Shown: piece by piece, positions 45,025 to 54,976 of the stretch | How positions within the stretch are numbered: the first letter of the stretch is position 1 | How the letters are laid out: every line of letters begins with the position of its first letter | Source of the DNA: a virus | Length of the DNA: 64,000 nt | Direction: 5' to 3' (one strand) | IMG/VR virus record: IMGVR_UViG_3300032288_005579 | The notes under the pieces: generated by a model | What the model was told of the DNA's origin: nothing | What the model saw: the letters and a program-made list of their open reading frames with translations, nothing else | Databases searched by the model: none | Made by a program: the position numbers and the translations under genes

Positions 45025-48000
45025 ATGTCAGATCAGTATTTAAAACTGCGTAGAAGTTCCGTGCCCGGAAAGGTGCCGGGGATAGAACAGCTAGAATTCG
45101 GTGAAATAGCTCTTAACACGTATGACGGACTAGCCTACATGAAAAAATCCGGTTCTGCCGGAGAAGAAATAATTCAAATAGGTGGTGTATCATCTAATAC
45201 TGGAAACTTTACAGGTTCATTTTCAGGATCCGTAGTAGGTCTTGGACAATTTACAGGATCCTTTTCAGGATCGCTTTCGGGATCTTTTTATGGATCAGCG
45301 TCTTATGCAGACACTGCGAGTTACGCTTTATCTGCATCTTATTTCTTAACATCATCGGTAACAAGCGCGTCTTACGCAAGAACTGCTTCTTACGTAAATC
45401 CGTTGTATCAAGACGTGCAGATAACCGGTTCGTTATACGTAACGCAATCCCATATATCTACCGTCGATTGGATAGATTTTACCATAGATCCCCAACCCGA
45501 TCCTCCCCACCTAGAAGGAAGAATACACTGGGATGTGGATAGAAAGACGTTAAAACTCGACACAGAGCAAGCAGATTTTAGCATCGATACCGGCCACGTC
45601 AACGTACTCAGGGGAAAGAACAACAACAGTTACGCTCTGACCCCCGGAATGGTCATATACATAGACGGAAACGCTGGACAGTTCGCAACCTTTACCACCG
45701 CCAGTTGGGAAAACGATCCAAATTCCGCTTATTCCATAGGTATCATACCGCAAACCATAAATCCGAACAACAGCGGCTACGCGATCATACAGGGCGAGAT
45801 AAGTGGAATAAACACGAACGCGTACCCTCCTGGCACCCTCCTTTACCTCTCAGCTTCTGGTCAATACACAGACCAAAAACCTCAGGCGCCCCTTCACACG
45901 GTTCGCTTGGGTCAAGTCGTGGTACAAGCCACAGACGGTAAACTGCAGGTAAAAATAGACAACGGATACGAGATAGACGAGCTTCACGACGTTCTTGTGA
46001 CAAACGCCACGCACGGAGACCTGTTGGTCAGAAGTGCAAGCATTTGGATAAACTCTAAACAACTCAGCGGATCCTACGGATTGACCGGAAGTTTCTCTAT
46101 ATCGGGATCTGGAATAATAGGAACTTCGAGTTTTGCTACGAGCGCGTCTTATGCTAGAACGGCTTCTTACGTTGACACTGCTCTCACCGCTTCTTACTTC
46201 ATAACGAGTTCGGTGACTTCTGCGTCTTATGCATCAACAGCGTCTTATGTAGTAAATGCATTAACTGCATCATATTTCATAACGTCTTCTGTCACAAGCG
46301 CTTCTTACGCTAGAACCGCGTCTTACGTTGACACTGCTCTAACTGCTTCATACTTCATAACATCATCAGTTACTAGCGCGTCTTACGCTAGAAGTTCATC
46401 TCTTGCGCAAACTGCGTCCTATTTCATTACGAGCTCTGTTACTAGTGCTTCATACGCAGCTACTGCATCTTATGTAGTAAACGCTCTTACCGCATCTTAT
46501 TTTATAACGAGCTCCGTAACAAGCGCTTCTTACGCTTCGACTGCATCGTATGTAGTAAATTCTCTCACCGCGTCATACTTCATTACGAGTTCAGTTACGT
46601 CTGCATCATACGCTAGAACCGCATCGTATGTAGATACGGCGTTAACAGCGTCTTACTTCATAACATCATCAGTCACCAGCGCTTCTTACGCAAGAAGTTC
46701 ATCTCTTGCTCAAACGGCTTCTTATTTCATAACAAGCTCTGTTACTAGCGCTTCATACGCAGCAACTGCGTCTTATGTAGTGAACGCTTTAACAGCTTCT
46801 TATTTTATAACATCGTCTGTAACTAGTGCATCGTACGCTGCGACCGCTTCTTTTGTAACAGGATCTTCATTTACATCTGCAAATCCTGTACTATCTTCGT
46901 CTTATGCATTGACATCGTCTTTTGCATGGACCGCATCAGTGGCTTTGAACGCAGTTGGATCAGTAGGCGGTAGTGGAACGGTAAACAGAATAAGCAAATT
47001 CGTAGGCGCCACTACACTGGGAAACAGTCAGATATTCGATGACGGCACGAATATACAAATAACTGGTTCTAGCATTATTTTTAGTGGTTCTAATTCTACA
47101 CTGAGGATCACAGGAAGTGTGATGTCCCTTGGAGGATTTACAGGAAGTCTTTTTGGAACGTCTAGTTGGGCGATAAACTCTCTAACAGCTTCGTATTTCC
47201 TAACTTCATCCGTCACCTCTGCATCATACGCACGAACCGCGTCTTACGTCGATACTGCTTTAACAGCATCGTACTTCATAACAAGTTCAGTAACTTCAGC
47301 GTCATATGCTAGAACAGCTTCCTATGTTGATACTGCTTTAACAGCATCTTACTTTATAACAAGTTCCGTAACTTCGGCTTCGTATGCTAGAACTGCATCT
47401 TACGTAGATACGGCATTAACGGCTTCTTACTTCATAACTAGTTCGGTAACTTCTGCGTCTTATGCAAGAAGTTCATCGCTTGCGCAAACAGCGTCTTATT
47501 TCATAACTTCTTCTGTTACAAGCGCGTCTTATGCAGCAACCGCTTCTTACGTAGTAAATGCTTTAACAGCTTCTTACTTCATAACGAGTTCAGTAACAAG
47601 CGCATCATACGCAGCAACTGCTTCTTACGTAACAAACGCTCTTACAGCGTCTTATTTCATAACGTCTTCCGTCACGAGCGCTTCATACGCTAGAACTGCG
47701 TCTTATGTAGATACCGCTTTAACAGCTTCATACTTTATAACAAGCTCTGTAACCAGCGCCTCATACGCTATAAGTTCTTCTTTAGCAGCAACCGCCTCTT
47801 ACATCACTGGATCCGCACTAAATTCCAGCAACTTAGCGCTATCTTCCTCTTATGCTATAACAGCGTCATACGCGCTCAATGCCGGAGGGGGTGGAGATAT
47901 TACTGTAGCCGATGAAGGTAACGCTCAAGGAGTAGCCACATTCTTAAATTTCCTAGGATCTGGTGTGACAGCAACAGTTGCATCAAGCACTGCAAGCATA

Positions 48001-48921
48001 ACAATAACTGGCGGTGGAGGCGATTCTTTCCCCTATACTGGTTCCGCGATAATAAGCGGAAGTTTAACAGTAACCGGGTCTCTATATGTTAGCGGTACGT
48101 TGTATGGAGATGGAAGCGGACTGACAAATCTTGGATTCGGAAACACAAGGAAACTGATTCAATCCACTCCAGCCACCACATGGTCGTTTGCTCACAACAT
48201 GGGCGAACAGTATCCTGCGGTAACGATATACGATTCTAACACGAATGTTATAGTCCCTGGTAGAATAGAGGCCGTGGATACTAATAACTTGAAAGTCTAT
48301 TTCGATATAGCGCAATCGGGTATAGCAGTAGCGGTAGTAGCGGGAAGAGTAGAGACAGGAAGTTTAGCGAAATTAGAACAAACCATAGCCGCAAATACCT
48401 GGTCGTTTGCTCACAACCTAGGATACAGATACGCCATCATAGACGTGTTTGATTCAGCTGGGGATGTATTAGTTCCTGGAAGGATAGAGACCATAGACGA
48501 AAACAATGCGAATATATATTTCACCATAGCTCAAACAGGAACAGCTGTGGCGATGGTCGGAGGTACGGCATTGACTTCGTCATACGCAAACACGATGACC
48601 ATAAACGGTACATCGTTGAGCACCCAAACCAATCCCGACGCAGACACTGGAACAGAAATTGTGGCCACAGTTTACACCGGATCCTATCAATCAGCCTTCT
48701 TTGATTACGTATTGAACGACGGAACCAATTTCAGAGCAGGCACGGTGATGTCAGTTTGGGATAATATAGGAACCGTTAAGTACAACGATAACTCAACAGA
48801 CGACATTGGAAACACTACCGGAGTCATATTTATTGTAGACATAAACGGAGACACCGCGCAATTAAAAGTGACCACAAACAGCAACAATTGGAACATAAAA
48901 ACATTCGTAAGAGCACTTTGA
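45025..48921 (+). CDS. Long fibre protein with TASY repeats
   Basis: N-terminal LKLRRSSVPGKVP...LEFGEIALNTYDG fibre anchor, two repeat arrays, two TWSFAHN(M/L)G domains and a C-terminal beta domain. Confidence 0.8.
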   Translation: MSDQYLKLRRSSVPGKVPGIEQLEFGEIALNTYDGLAYMKKSGSAGEEIIQIGGVSSNTGNFTGSFSGSVVGLGQFTGSFSGSLSGSFYGSASYADTASYALSASYFLTSSVTSASYARTASYVNPLYQDVQITGSLYVTQSHISTVDWIDFTIDPQPDPPHLEGRIHWDVDRKTLKLDTEQADFSIDTGHVNVLRGKNNNSYALTPGMVIYIDGNAGQFATFTTASWENDPNSAYSIGIIPQTINPNNSGYAIIQGEISGINTNAYPPGTLLYLSASGQYTDQKPQAPLHTVRLGQVVVQATDGKLQVKIDNGYEIDELHDVLVTNATHGDLLVRSASIWINSKQLSGSYGLTGSFSISGSGIIGTSSFATSASYARTASYVDTALTASYFITSSVTSASYASTASYVVNALTASYFITSSVTSASYARTASYVDTALTASYFITSSVTSASYARSSSLAQTASYFITSSVTSASYAATASYVVNALTASYFITSSVTSASYASTASYVVNSLTASYFITSSVTSASYARTASYVDTALTASYFITSSVTSASYARSSSLAQTASYFITSSVTSASYAATASYVVNALTASYFITSSVTSASYAATASFVTGSSFTSANPVLSSSYALTSSFAWTASVALNAVGSVGGSGTVNRISKFVGATTLGNSQIFDDGTNIQITGSSIIFSGSNSTLRITGSVMSLGGFTGSLFGTSSWAINSLTASYFLTSSVTSASYARTASYVDTALTASYFITSSVTSASYARTASYVDTALTASYFITSSVTSASYARTASYVDTALTASYFITSSVTSASYARSSSLAQTASYFITSSVTSASYAATASYVVNALTASYFITSSVTSASYAATASYVTNALTASYFITSSVTSASYARTASYVDTALTASYFITSSVTSASYAISSSLAATASYITGSALNSSNLALSSSYAITASYALNAGGGGDITVADEGNAQGVATFLNFLGSGVTATVASSTASITITGGGGDSFPYTGSAIISGSLTVTGSLYVSGTLYGDGSGLTNLGFGNTRKLIQSTPATTWSFAHNMGEQYPAVTIYDSNTNVIVPGRIEAVDTNNLKVYFDIAQSGIAVAVVAGRVETGSLAKLEQTIAANTWSFAHNLGYRYAIIDVFDSAGDVLVPGRIETIDENNANIYFTIAQTGTAVAMVGGTALTSSYANTMTINGTSLSTQTNPDADTGTEIVATVYTGSYQSAFFDYVLNDGTNFRAGTVMSVWDNIGTVKYNDNSTDDIGNTTGVIFIVDINGDTAQLKVTTNSNNWNIKTFVRAL
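46141..46857 (+). repeat. Coding tandem array 1, TASYFITSSVTSASYA(RTASYVDTAL/ATASYVVNAL/RSSSLAQ), 9 copies
   Basis: 23-26-aa units counted in the translation; synonymous positions differ between copies. Confidence 0.9.
47185..47802 (+). repeat. Coding tandem array 2, same unit, 8 copies
   Basis: Counted in the translation. Confidence 0.9.
48826..48833 (+). promoter_or_regulatory. Possible internal late promoter ATATTTAT for the second fibre gene
   Basis: Sense-strand exact match inside the 3' end of the first fibre gene, 89 nt before the ATG at 48923. Confidence 0.3.
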
Positions 48922-48922
48922 T

Positions 48923-51900
48923 ATGAAGATATTCGACCCTAAATTAACAGGAAGCATAGAGTTTCAATCTCCGGTAAATTTTACTGGATCGATGCATGGT
49001 ACCGCGTCATGGGCGACTAATGTGGTAAACGGAGGGGGAGGATCACTAAGCGGAGGCGAACAAAACTACATAGCCCGTTGGGAATCTTCGAATACGCTAA
49101 CAACCAGTTCCATATACGAGGATCCTACAACACCGAGCGTCGCGATAGGCGGCGTACAAAACTTCGATCCCACAAACCCAGAAACTTTACTCGTCTCTGG
49201 ATCAGGCATCAACGTCATAAGTGGAAAAGTCGACATAGATAACTATACCCAATTAAATATCCAGAATACTTTCGCTGGAACTGCTGCTTCTTCGGACATA
49301 GTTGCCACAAACGACACTGGCGACGAGTTTGGAAATTACGTAGATCTTGGAATAAACAGTAGCCTTTATTCCGGATTTTTGGGTTCTCCCAACGAATCGT
49401 ACTTATACAATACGGGTTCTAACTTACTAATTGGAAACATAACTAGAGGAGAAAATGCGAATGTCAAACTATTTGCAGGAAACGATGCGACAGTGTTTCC
49501 GCTAATAGTAACGGGATCTCAAGTTTTGATAACAGGATCGATGTTCGGTACCTCCAGTTGGGCAGCTAGTTCGTCTGTGAACATATCTTCGTCTTACGCT
49601 TTAAGCGCATCATTCGCAGTAAGCGCATCTAATGCTCGCAGTGCGTCTTACGCAATCAGTTCCTCTAATGCGTTAAGTTCTTCTTACGCTATAAGTGCTT
49701 CAAACGCAAGTACAGCTTCTTACGTAGTCAATGCATTAACGGCGTCATTCGTAAATAACCTAAGTCAAAATCTTTCTATAACAGGATCTGTAACGATAAG
49801 TGGTTCTGCACAACAAGAACTCATAATATTGGGAGACCAACACTTAACAGGATCCTTATTCGTATCCAACTCAATAGTGCTAACTCCATCAGGAAGTTTA
49901 CTGGTGGCCTCAGGTTCTATAAGAGCGTTGTCTTTGACTGGAAGTTTGTTCGGAACTGCGTCTTTCGTATCCGGATCCGTATTCACTAGCGAAAATAGAG
50001 CGTTATCGTCTTCAAACGCAGTAAGTGCTTCTTACGCAATAAGCTCTTCTAATGCGTTAAGTTCTTCTTACGCTATAAGCGCTTCAAATTCAAGCACGGC
50101 TTCTTACGTAGTCAATGCGTTAACGTCCTCCTTCATAAACAATTTAAACCAGAACCTATCTATAACTGGATCAGTAAGAATAAGCGGTTCTGCTGCAGTA
50201 GAGCTATTCGTTTTAGGAGATCAACACGTGACGGGATCCCTATGGGTATCAAGTTCAGTAATCGTAACTCCCTCTGGAAGTATAGTGGTCGCCTCAGGCT
50301 CTATAAGGGCACTATCGATTACTGGAAGTTTATTTGGTACGGCGTCCTTCGTATCTGGTTCTGTATACACTTCTACAAACCCCGCGCTTTCCGCATCTTA
50401 CGCTTTTAGTTCTTCTTACGCGATAAGTTCCTCTTATTCTATAAGTTCGTCTTACGCAATAAGTGCTTCTTATTCCATAACATCGTCTTACGCCGTAACA
50501 TCGTCTAACTCTGTAAGTTCTTCTTACGCAATAACTTCTTCTTACGCTATAAATGCGTTTCCTTACAGCGGAAGTTCTGCGCAAATAACAGGATCTCTAT
50601 CAATAACTGGATCTCTTGCTTTATATTCTGCCTTAGATCCAGATTTATTGGGATCAAATACAGAAACAGCGTACTACTTTGTATCGAGGTCCCAATACAA
50701 TACCGCAGTTAACGACATATTCTATAGAAGCGCAGGAAATCTATGGAGCCAGGACTTTTTACAGCAAGCTGTAGATACAGGTATAATCTACGGTGGTATA
50801 GTGTCATTCACAGGTAGCGTAGAAGATACAGCGCCGTACACAACAGAAGTTAGAGTGACACCAGGCGTTGCTTTACTCATAGATCACAACGCCGAAACAG
50901 GATCGAAGGGGGAAACAGTACCCACTATAGTTAATTTTGGACCCATAACCCAATCTTTCAAAGATCAAGTTACTGGATCGCAAGTACATTATCTGTATAT
51001 AGATCAAGCGGGTACCCTTCAGTATCAAACTACCATTTTCAATACCTCGCAATATCACTCTGAATTTCCTCTGGGAGTCATATTCTCTTTGACGACTGAG
51101 AGCATATCCTCTTACGGAGATCTTAGAGTTACCGCTTACGGACAAACTCAACAATCGGGAGAATTTGTTAGAGCTTTTGGTCCTTTAAAAGTAAATGGAT
51201 TTGATATAAGTCCAATAAGCACGACTTTGAGTGCAAGCATAGCGTCAGGAAAATCTTACAGATTCGGGGGTTTTTACACACAAAACCCAGAAACCCCCTC
51301 TAGTTACAATTCTCCTGCGATTCCAACGGCGAGTTTCGTTAGGGTGTATAGAGATCCTGCAGTTTTAGGTGGATATAAAGCCCAAGTTTACGATAGCGGA
51401 CTTCCATTTAAAGGAATAGATCCCACGAAATACGACGATGGCAGTGGAACTTTACAAAGCGTAGGATCCGGCGAATTCACAATACAGCGTCTATTTCAAG
51501 GCGTTGTGAACGGCATAACATACGTTTACTACGGTCAAAACAAATATACAAGTTTAACCGCGGCTCTAAATAGCGTAACAACCGAAGATTTTTCAGAATC
51601 TCAAACTTCTATAATCACGCTTCCTTTTATAGGATACATTATAGTAGAAGGCACTGCGACGAGTTTAGCGGACACAAACACGAGTAGGATCATAAACGCT
51701 GGTCTGTTTAGAAACACCGCGGGTTCTTCAGGCGGCGGAGGTGCAGCTGTTACTAATTTGAACGATCTTGGAGACGTCGTAATAGGCGGAGCGGTTAACG
51801 GTCAAGCGCTTATATACAACACAGGAAACTGGATTAATGGAAATCCTACTTCAGCGTCTTACGCGAGTAGCGCTTCTTACGTAAATGGATCGATATTCGA

Positions 51901-53701
51901 TTCTAATAATCCTGTTCTCTCTTCTTCTTACGCTCTTACAGCGTCGTACGTAAACAGTTCTTCATACGCATACACCGCTTCTTACGTAACTGGATCGTCA
52001 TTCAATTCGACAAATTTAGCGCTATCTGCGTCTTACGCGATAACCGCGTCTTACGCTTTAAACGGAGGCGGAGGATCAGGCGTAAATGTGCAAGACGAAG
52101 GCGGCACGCCGTTCTCAGCAACGACTTTGAATTTTCAAGGCGCAGGAGTAACAGCGGCCGACGCAGGCGGAGGAACTGCAACGATAACGATATCAGGCGG
52201 ATCTGGGGAAACTTTCCCCTACACAGGTTCTGCTATCGTAAGCGGAAGCGTACGTGTAATAGAATCAGGATCTACGGGATTAGAGGTCACGGGATCTTCA
52301 AGGATTACTGGAAGTTTGATAGTGACAGGAAGCATAACAACTGACCATGGATTTACAGCGTTGTCTGTCACTGCGTCTTTCGTGTCGTCTTCTCAAATAA
52401 CAGGAAGTCTTTTTGGAAGTTCTTCTTTTGCTACAACTGCTTCTCACGCCTTAACGGCCTCTTACGTGCTTAACGCGCCCAGCTCAGATCCTTTCCCCTA
52501 TACAGGTTCTGCTGTGATAAGCGGTAGTTTGATACTCACAGGATCTTTTAGAACCCTCGCGTCTGGAACAGAGGGCGCAGCCGTATTCGGTGACGTTAAC
52601 ACATATTTAGAAGTGTTCGCGCAAAATAGAAACGCTGGAATAAGCGCTTCTACTGATATAGTCGCCTACAACGATCAAGGAAACAAGAGCCAATACTACG
52701 TCGATATGGGCATAAACGGATCTGGAATGGATCCTGCCTACACTTTTGGAAGACCCAACGACGCTTACGTGTACAATACAGGTGGAGATCTATTCATAGG
52801 AAACTCTACTGGATTTTATCAGCCTTCACTAACTTCGCAATCGCTACACCTGTTTGCCAATGCTGCAGGAATTCCAGATGTTACGCTGTCAGGCAGTAGA
52901 GTAGGCATAGAAAAATCTTCTTCGTTGAACGCCACTCTTGACGTGAACGGAAACACCATGATTAGTGGCACTCTGTTTGTGTCCGGAGCACACTACTTAG
53001 ATTTAGATGTCAAAGGAAACTCAGCGATATCAGGAACTCTTTTCCTAACCTCTTCAAATTCAACAGAGTATTTAGCACTGTGGATGAATGGGGATTCCGA
53101 AATATCTGGAACGATATACATCACTTCGTCTAGAAACAATACATCTATAGAATCCATAGGGGACATAGTGATTAGCGGAAGCATATACGCTTCAGCTTCA
53201 TTCGGTCCGGATGTTCTTAGAGCAGTAGGAAATACGAAATACACTGGATCTTTCATGATCACGAGCTCGGGAGTTTCTACAGAGAGAGAACTTGTCGTGA
53301 ATGGTGAAGCAGTTGTCACAGGATCATTAATAGTATCAGGTTCCGGTGGATTCGGAGTTTTCTCTAAGGGATTCACACTAGCTGACTTAACAAGTACGTT
53401 CACCGTTACCGGATCTTATCACGTCTGGAGAGCGCCGTTCTCTTGCTCGGTGGTCGGAATATGGGCTTTCAAATCAGGAAGCACAGATCCCCAAATAAAC
53501 GCAAGACGTAGCGGATCTGGTGCATCTTTACACTTAGCAACGAATCTAACGATCGCTAACGATAATCAATGGACTTCTGGAGGAAGCGTACAGAACACAA
53601 CTTACGCAGGCGGCGATTCTCTAGAAGTGATAATATCGGGAAGCACACAATACCAAGTGTCCGTACAGGTGGACTTCATAAAACTACAACGTAGAACATA
53701 A
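48923..53701 (+). CDS. Long fibre protein with TGS/SSY-rich repeats
   Basis: 1592 aa with recurring ITGSLxVTGS and SSSYA motifs. Shares modules with the 45025 gene. Confidence 0.8.
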   Translation: MKIFDPKLTGSIEFQSPVNFTGSMHGTASWATNVVNGGGGSLSGGEQNYIARWESSNTLTTSSIYEDPTTPSVAIGGVQNFDPTNPETLLVSGSGINVISGKVDIDNYTQLNIQNTFAGTAASSDIVATNDTGDEFGNYVDLGINSSLYSGFLGSPNESYLYNTGSNLLIGNITRGENANVKLFAGNDATVFPLIVTGSQVLITGSMFGTSSWAASSSVNISSSYALSASFAVSASNARSASYAISSSNALSSSYAISASNASTASYVVNALTASFVNNLSQNLSITGSVTISGSAQQELIILGDQHLTGSLFVSNSIVLTPSGSLLVASGSIRALSLTGSLFGTASFVSGSVFTSENRALSSSNAVSASYAISSSNALSSSYAISASNSSTASYVVNALTSSFINNLNQNLSITGSVRISGSAAVELFVLGDQHVTGSLWVSSSVIVTPSGSIVVASGSIRALSITGSLFGTASFVSGSVYTSTNPALSASYAFSSSYAISSSYSISSSYAISASYSITSSYAVTSSNSVSSSYAITSSYAINAFPYSGSSAQITGSLSITGSLALYSALDPDLLGSNTETAYYFVSRSQYNTAVNDIFYRSAGNLWSQDFLQQAVDTGIIYGGIVSFTGSVEDTAPYTTEVRVTPGVALLIDHNAETGSKGETVPTIVNFGPITQSFKDQVTGSQVHYLYIDQAGTLQYQTTIFNTSQYHSEFPLGVIFSLTTESISSYGDLRVTAYGQTQQSGEFVRAFGPLKVNGFDISPISTTLSASIASGKSYRFGGFYTQNPETPSSYNSPAIPTASFVRVYRDPAVLGGYKAQVYDSGLPFKGIDPTKYDDGSGTLQSVGSGEFTIQRLFQGVVNGITYVYYGQNKYTSLTAALNSVTTEDFSESQTSIITLPFIGYIIVEGTATSLADTNTSRIINAGLFRNTAGSSGGGGAAVTNLNDLGDVVIGGAVNGQALIYNTGNWINGNPTSASYASSASYVNGSIFDSNNPVLSSSYALTASYVNSSSYAYTASYVTGSSFNSTNLALSASYAITASYALNGGGGSGVNVQDEGGTPFSATTLNFQGAGVTAADAGGGTATITISGGSGETFPYTGSAIVSGSVRVIESGSTGLEVTGSSRITGSLIVTGSITTDHGFTALSVTASFVSSSQITGSLFGSSSFATTASHALTASYVLNAPSSDPFPYTGSAVISGSLILTGSFRTLASGTEGAAVFGDVNTYLEVFAQNRNAGISASTDIVAYNDQGNKSQYYVDMGINGSGMDPAYTFGRPNDAYVYNTGGDLFIGNSTGFYQPSLTSQSLHLFANAAGIPDVTLSGSRVGIEKSSSLNATLDVNGNTMISGTLFVSGAHYLDLDVKGNSAISGTLFLTSSNSTEYLALWMNGDSEISGTIYITSSRNNTSIESIGDIVISGSIYASASFGPDVLRAVGNTKYTGSFMITSSGVSTERELVVNGEAVVTGSLIVSGSGGFGVFSKGFTLADLTSTFTVTGSYHVWRAPFSCSVVGIWAFKSGSTDPQINARRSGSGASLHLATNLTIANDNQWTSGGSVQNTTYAGGDSLEVIISGSTQYQVSVQVDFIKLQRRT

Positions 53702-53713
53702 AAATAGTTTTTC

Positions 53714-54481
53714 ATGGCGTTAGTATCGCAATCATTTACTACAGTCGGCACATCCTCCTTCTACATTCCCTCAGGAGTAACTTACGTACAAGTCAGAGCT
53801 TGGGCTGGTGGAGGAGGCGGAGGTGGAAAAACTAACACCAACGGAACAGCAGGTGGAGGTGGAGGTGGAGCATTTGTTTCCGGTGCATTGAACGTTTTTC
53901 CCGGAGAAAGACTATCAATAGTTGTCGGAAGCGCAGGTACAGCAGGTCCCGCTTCGGATACTGCAGGCGGTAACGGCGGGTATTCTTACGTAACATCCTC
54001 GGCTAATTCTAGTATTTTCGTAAGAGCAGATTTTGGAGACGCTGGAGGCGGAGGTAATGCTGGAGTGGGAGGTCCCGGAGGGGCGGCATCGTTGTGCTCT
54101 ACAGGTAGTCCAAATATCAGTGGATTTGCTTTTAACGGAGGATCAGGTTCTGCTGGATCAGGCGCAACCACGGGATCAGGCGGAGGAGGCGGAGCTGGAA
54201 CTGTGAGAGCGGGCACTAGAGGCACGGGATCTTTTGGTGGAACAGGTAGCATTTTGTTCGGTGGAAACGGTGGAGTTGGAGCATCAAATGCAGCAGGTGG
54301 CGCTGCCGCTTCTACCTCGGGATCATTTAACGTATACGGTGGAGGTGGCGGAGGAGGATCTAGATCCGCCGGCGGCGGTAAAGGTGGGGGAGTAGGAAGG
54401 CAGGGTTACGTGGAAATATATTATGAAACACTTGACACTCAACCGGTATTTATACATTGGATAGACGACGAAGAGTATTGA
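53714..54481 (+). CDS. Glycine-rich domain protein (possible adhesin)
   Basis: SFYIPSGVTYVQVRAWAGGGGGGG...GGGGGAF...LSIVVG.AG..G, the typical phage glycine-rich fibre-tip pattern. Confidence 0.75.
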   Translation: MALVSQSFTTVGTSSFYIPSGVTYVQVRAWAGGGGGGGKTNTNGTAGGGGGGAFVSGALNVFPGERLSIVVGSAGTAGPASDTAGGNGGYSYVTSSANSSIFVRADFGDAGGGGNAGVGGPGGAASLCSTGSPNISGFAFNGGSGSAGSGATTGSGGGGGAGTVRAGTRGTGSFGGTGSILFGGNGGVGASNAAGGAAASTSGSFNVYGGGGGGGSRSAGGGKGGGVGRQGYVEIYYETLDTQPVFIHWIDDEEY

Positions 54482-54524
54482 TAAAAGGTTGTTTACTTTT
54501 GGAAAGTGAAAAAAGTAAAAACGC

Positions 54525-54974
54525 ATGGCAAACGAATTCATAGCCAGGAATGGCATAATAGCAAGAAGTAATTCCGTAATAACGGGATCCCTATCGGTTA
54601 GTTCGTCTCTTTCTATAGGGGACATACAACCGTCTGCCACGATAGGCAGATTGGACGCATCAAACGACATAGTAGCTTTCAACAGCTCTGATAAAAGATT
54701 CAAAACGAACATAACTCCCATAGAGAATGCGCTTGAAAAAGTGCAGAAGATAAACGGCGTTGAATTCGATTGGATACCCGATCCGGTGAATCACGGGTAC
54801 CAGGGTCACGATGTCGGAGTGATAGCTCAAGAGATCGAGGAGGTCGTCCCAGAATTAGTAAGGACTAGGAACAGCGGTTACAAAGCCGTTAAATACGATA
54901 AGATAGTAGCACTACTAATAGAAGCGATAAAAGACCTTAAGAAAGAGATAGACGAACTGAAGAAAGGGAAGTAA
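54525..54974 (+). CDS. Mini-fibre with a peptidase S74 intramolecular chaperone domain
   Basis: SSDKRFKTNI..I.NALEKV.KINGV.FDW...GVIAQEIEEVVPELV...AVKYDKIVALLIEAIKDL, after only about 55 N-terminal residues. Confidence 0.9.
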   Translation: MANEFIARNGIIARSNSVITGSLSVSSSLSIGDIQPSATIGRLDASNDIVAFNSSDKRFKTNITPIENALEKVQKINGVEFDWIPDPVNHGYQGHDVGVIAQEIEEVVPELVRTRNSGYKAVKYDKIVALLIEAIKDLKKEIDELKKGK

Positions 54975-54976
54975 CC

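Noticed and set aside
46141-47802. Regularly spaced repeats as a possible CRISPR array or DGR template/variable pair
   Set aside because: The copies are in frame, differ at synonymous sites and have no unique spacers. There is no adenine-specific variation and no reverse transcriptase or cas gene in the window.
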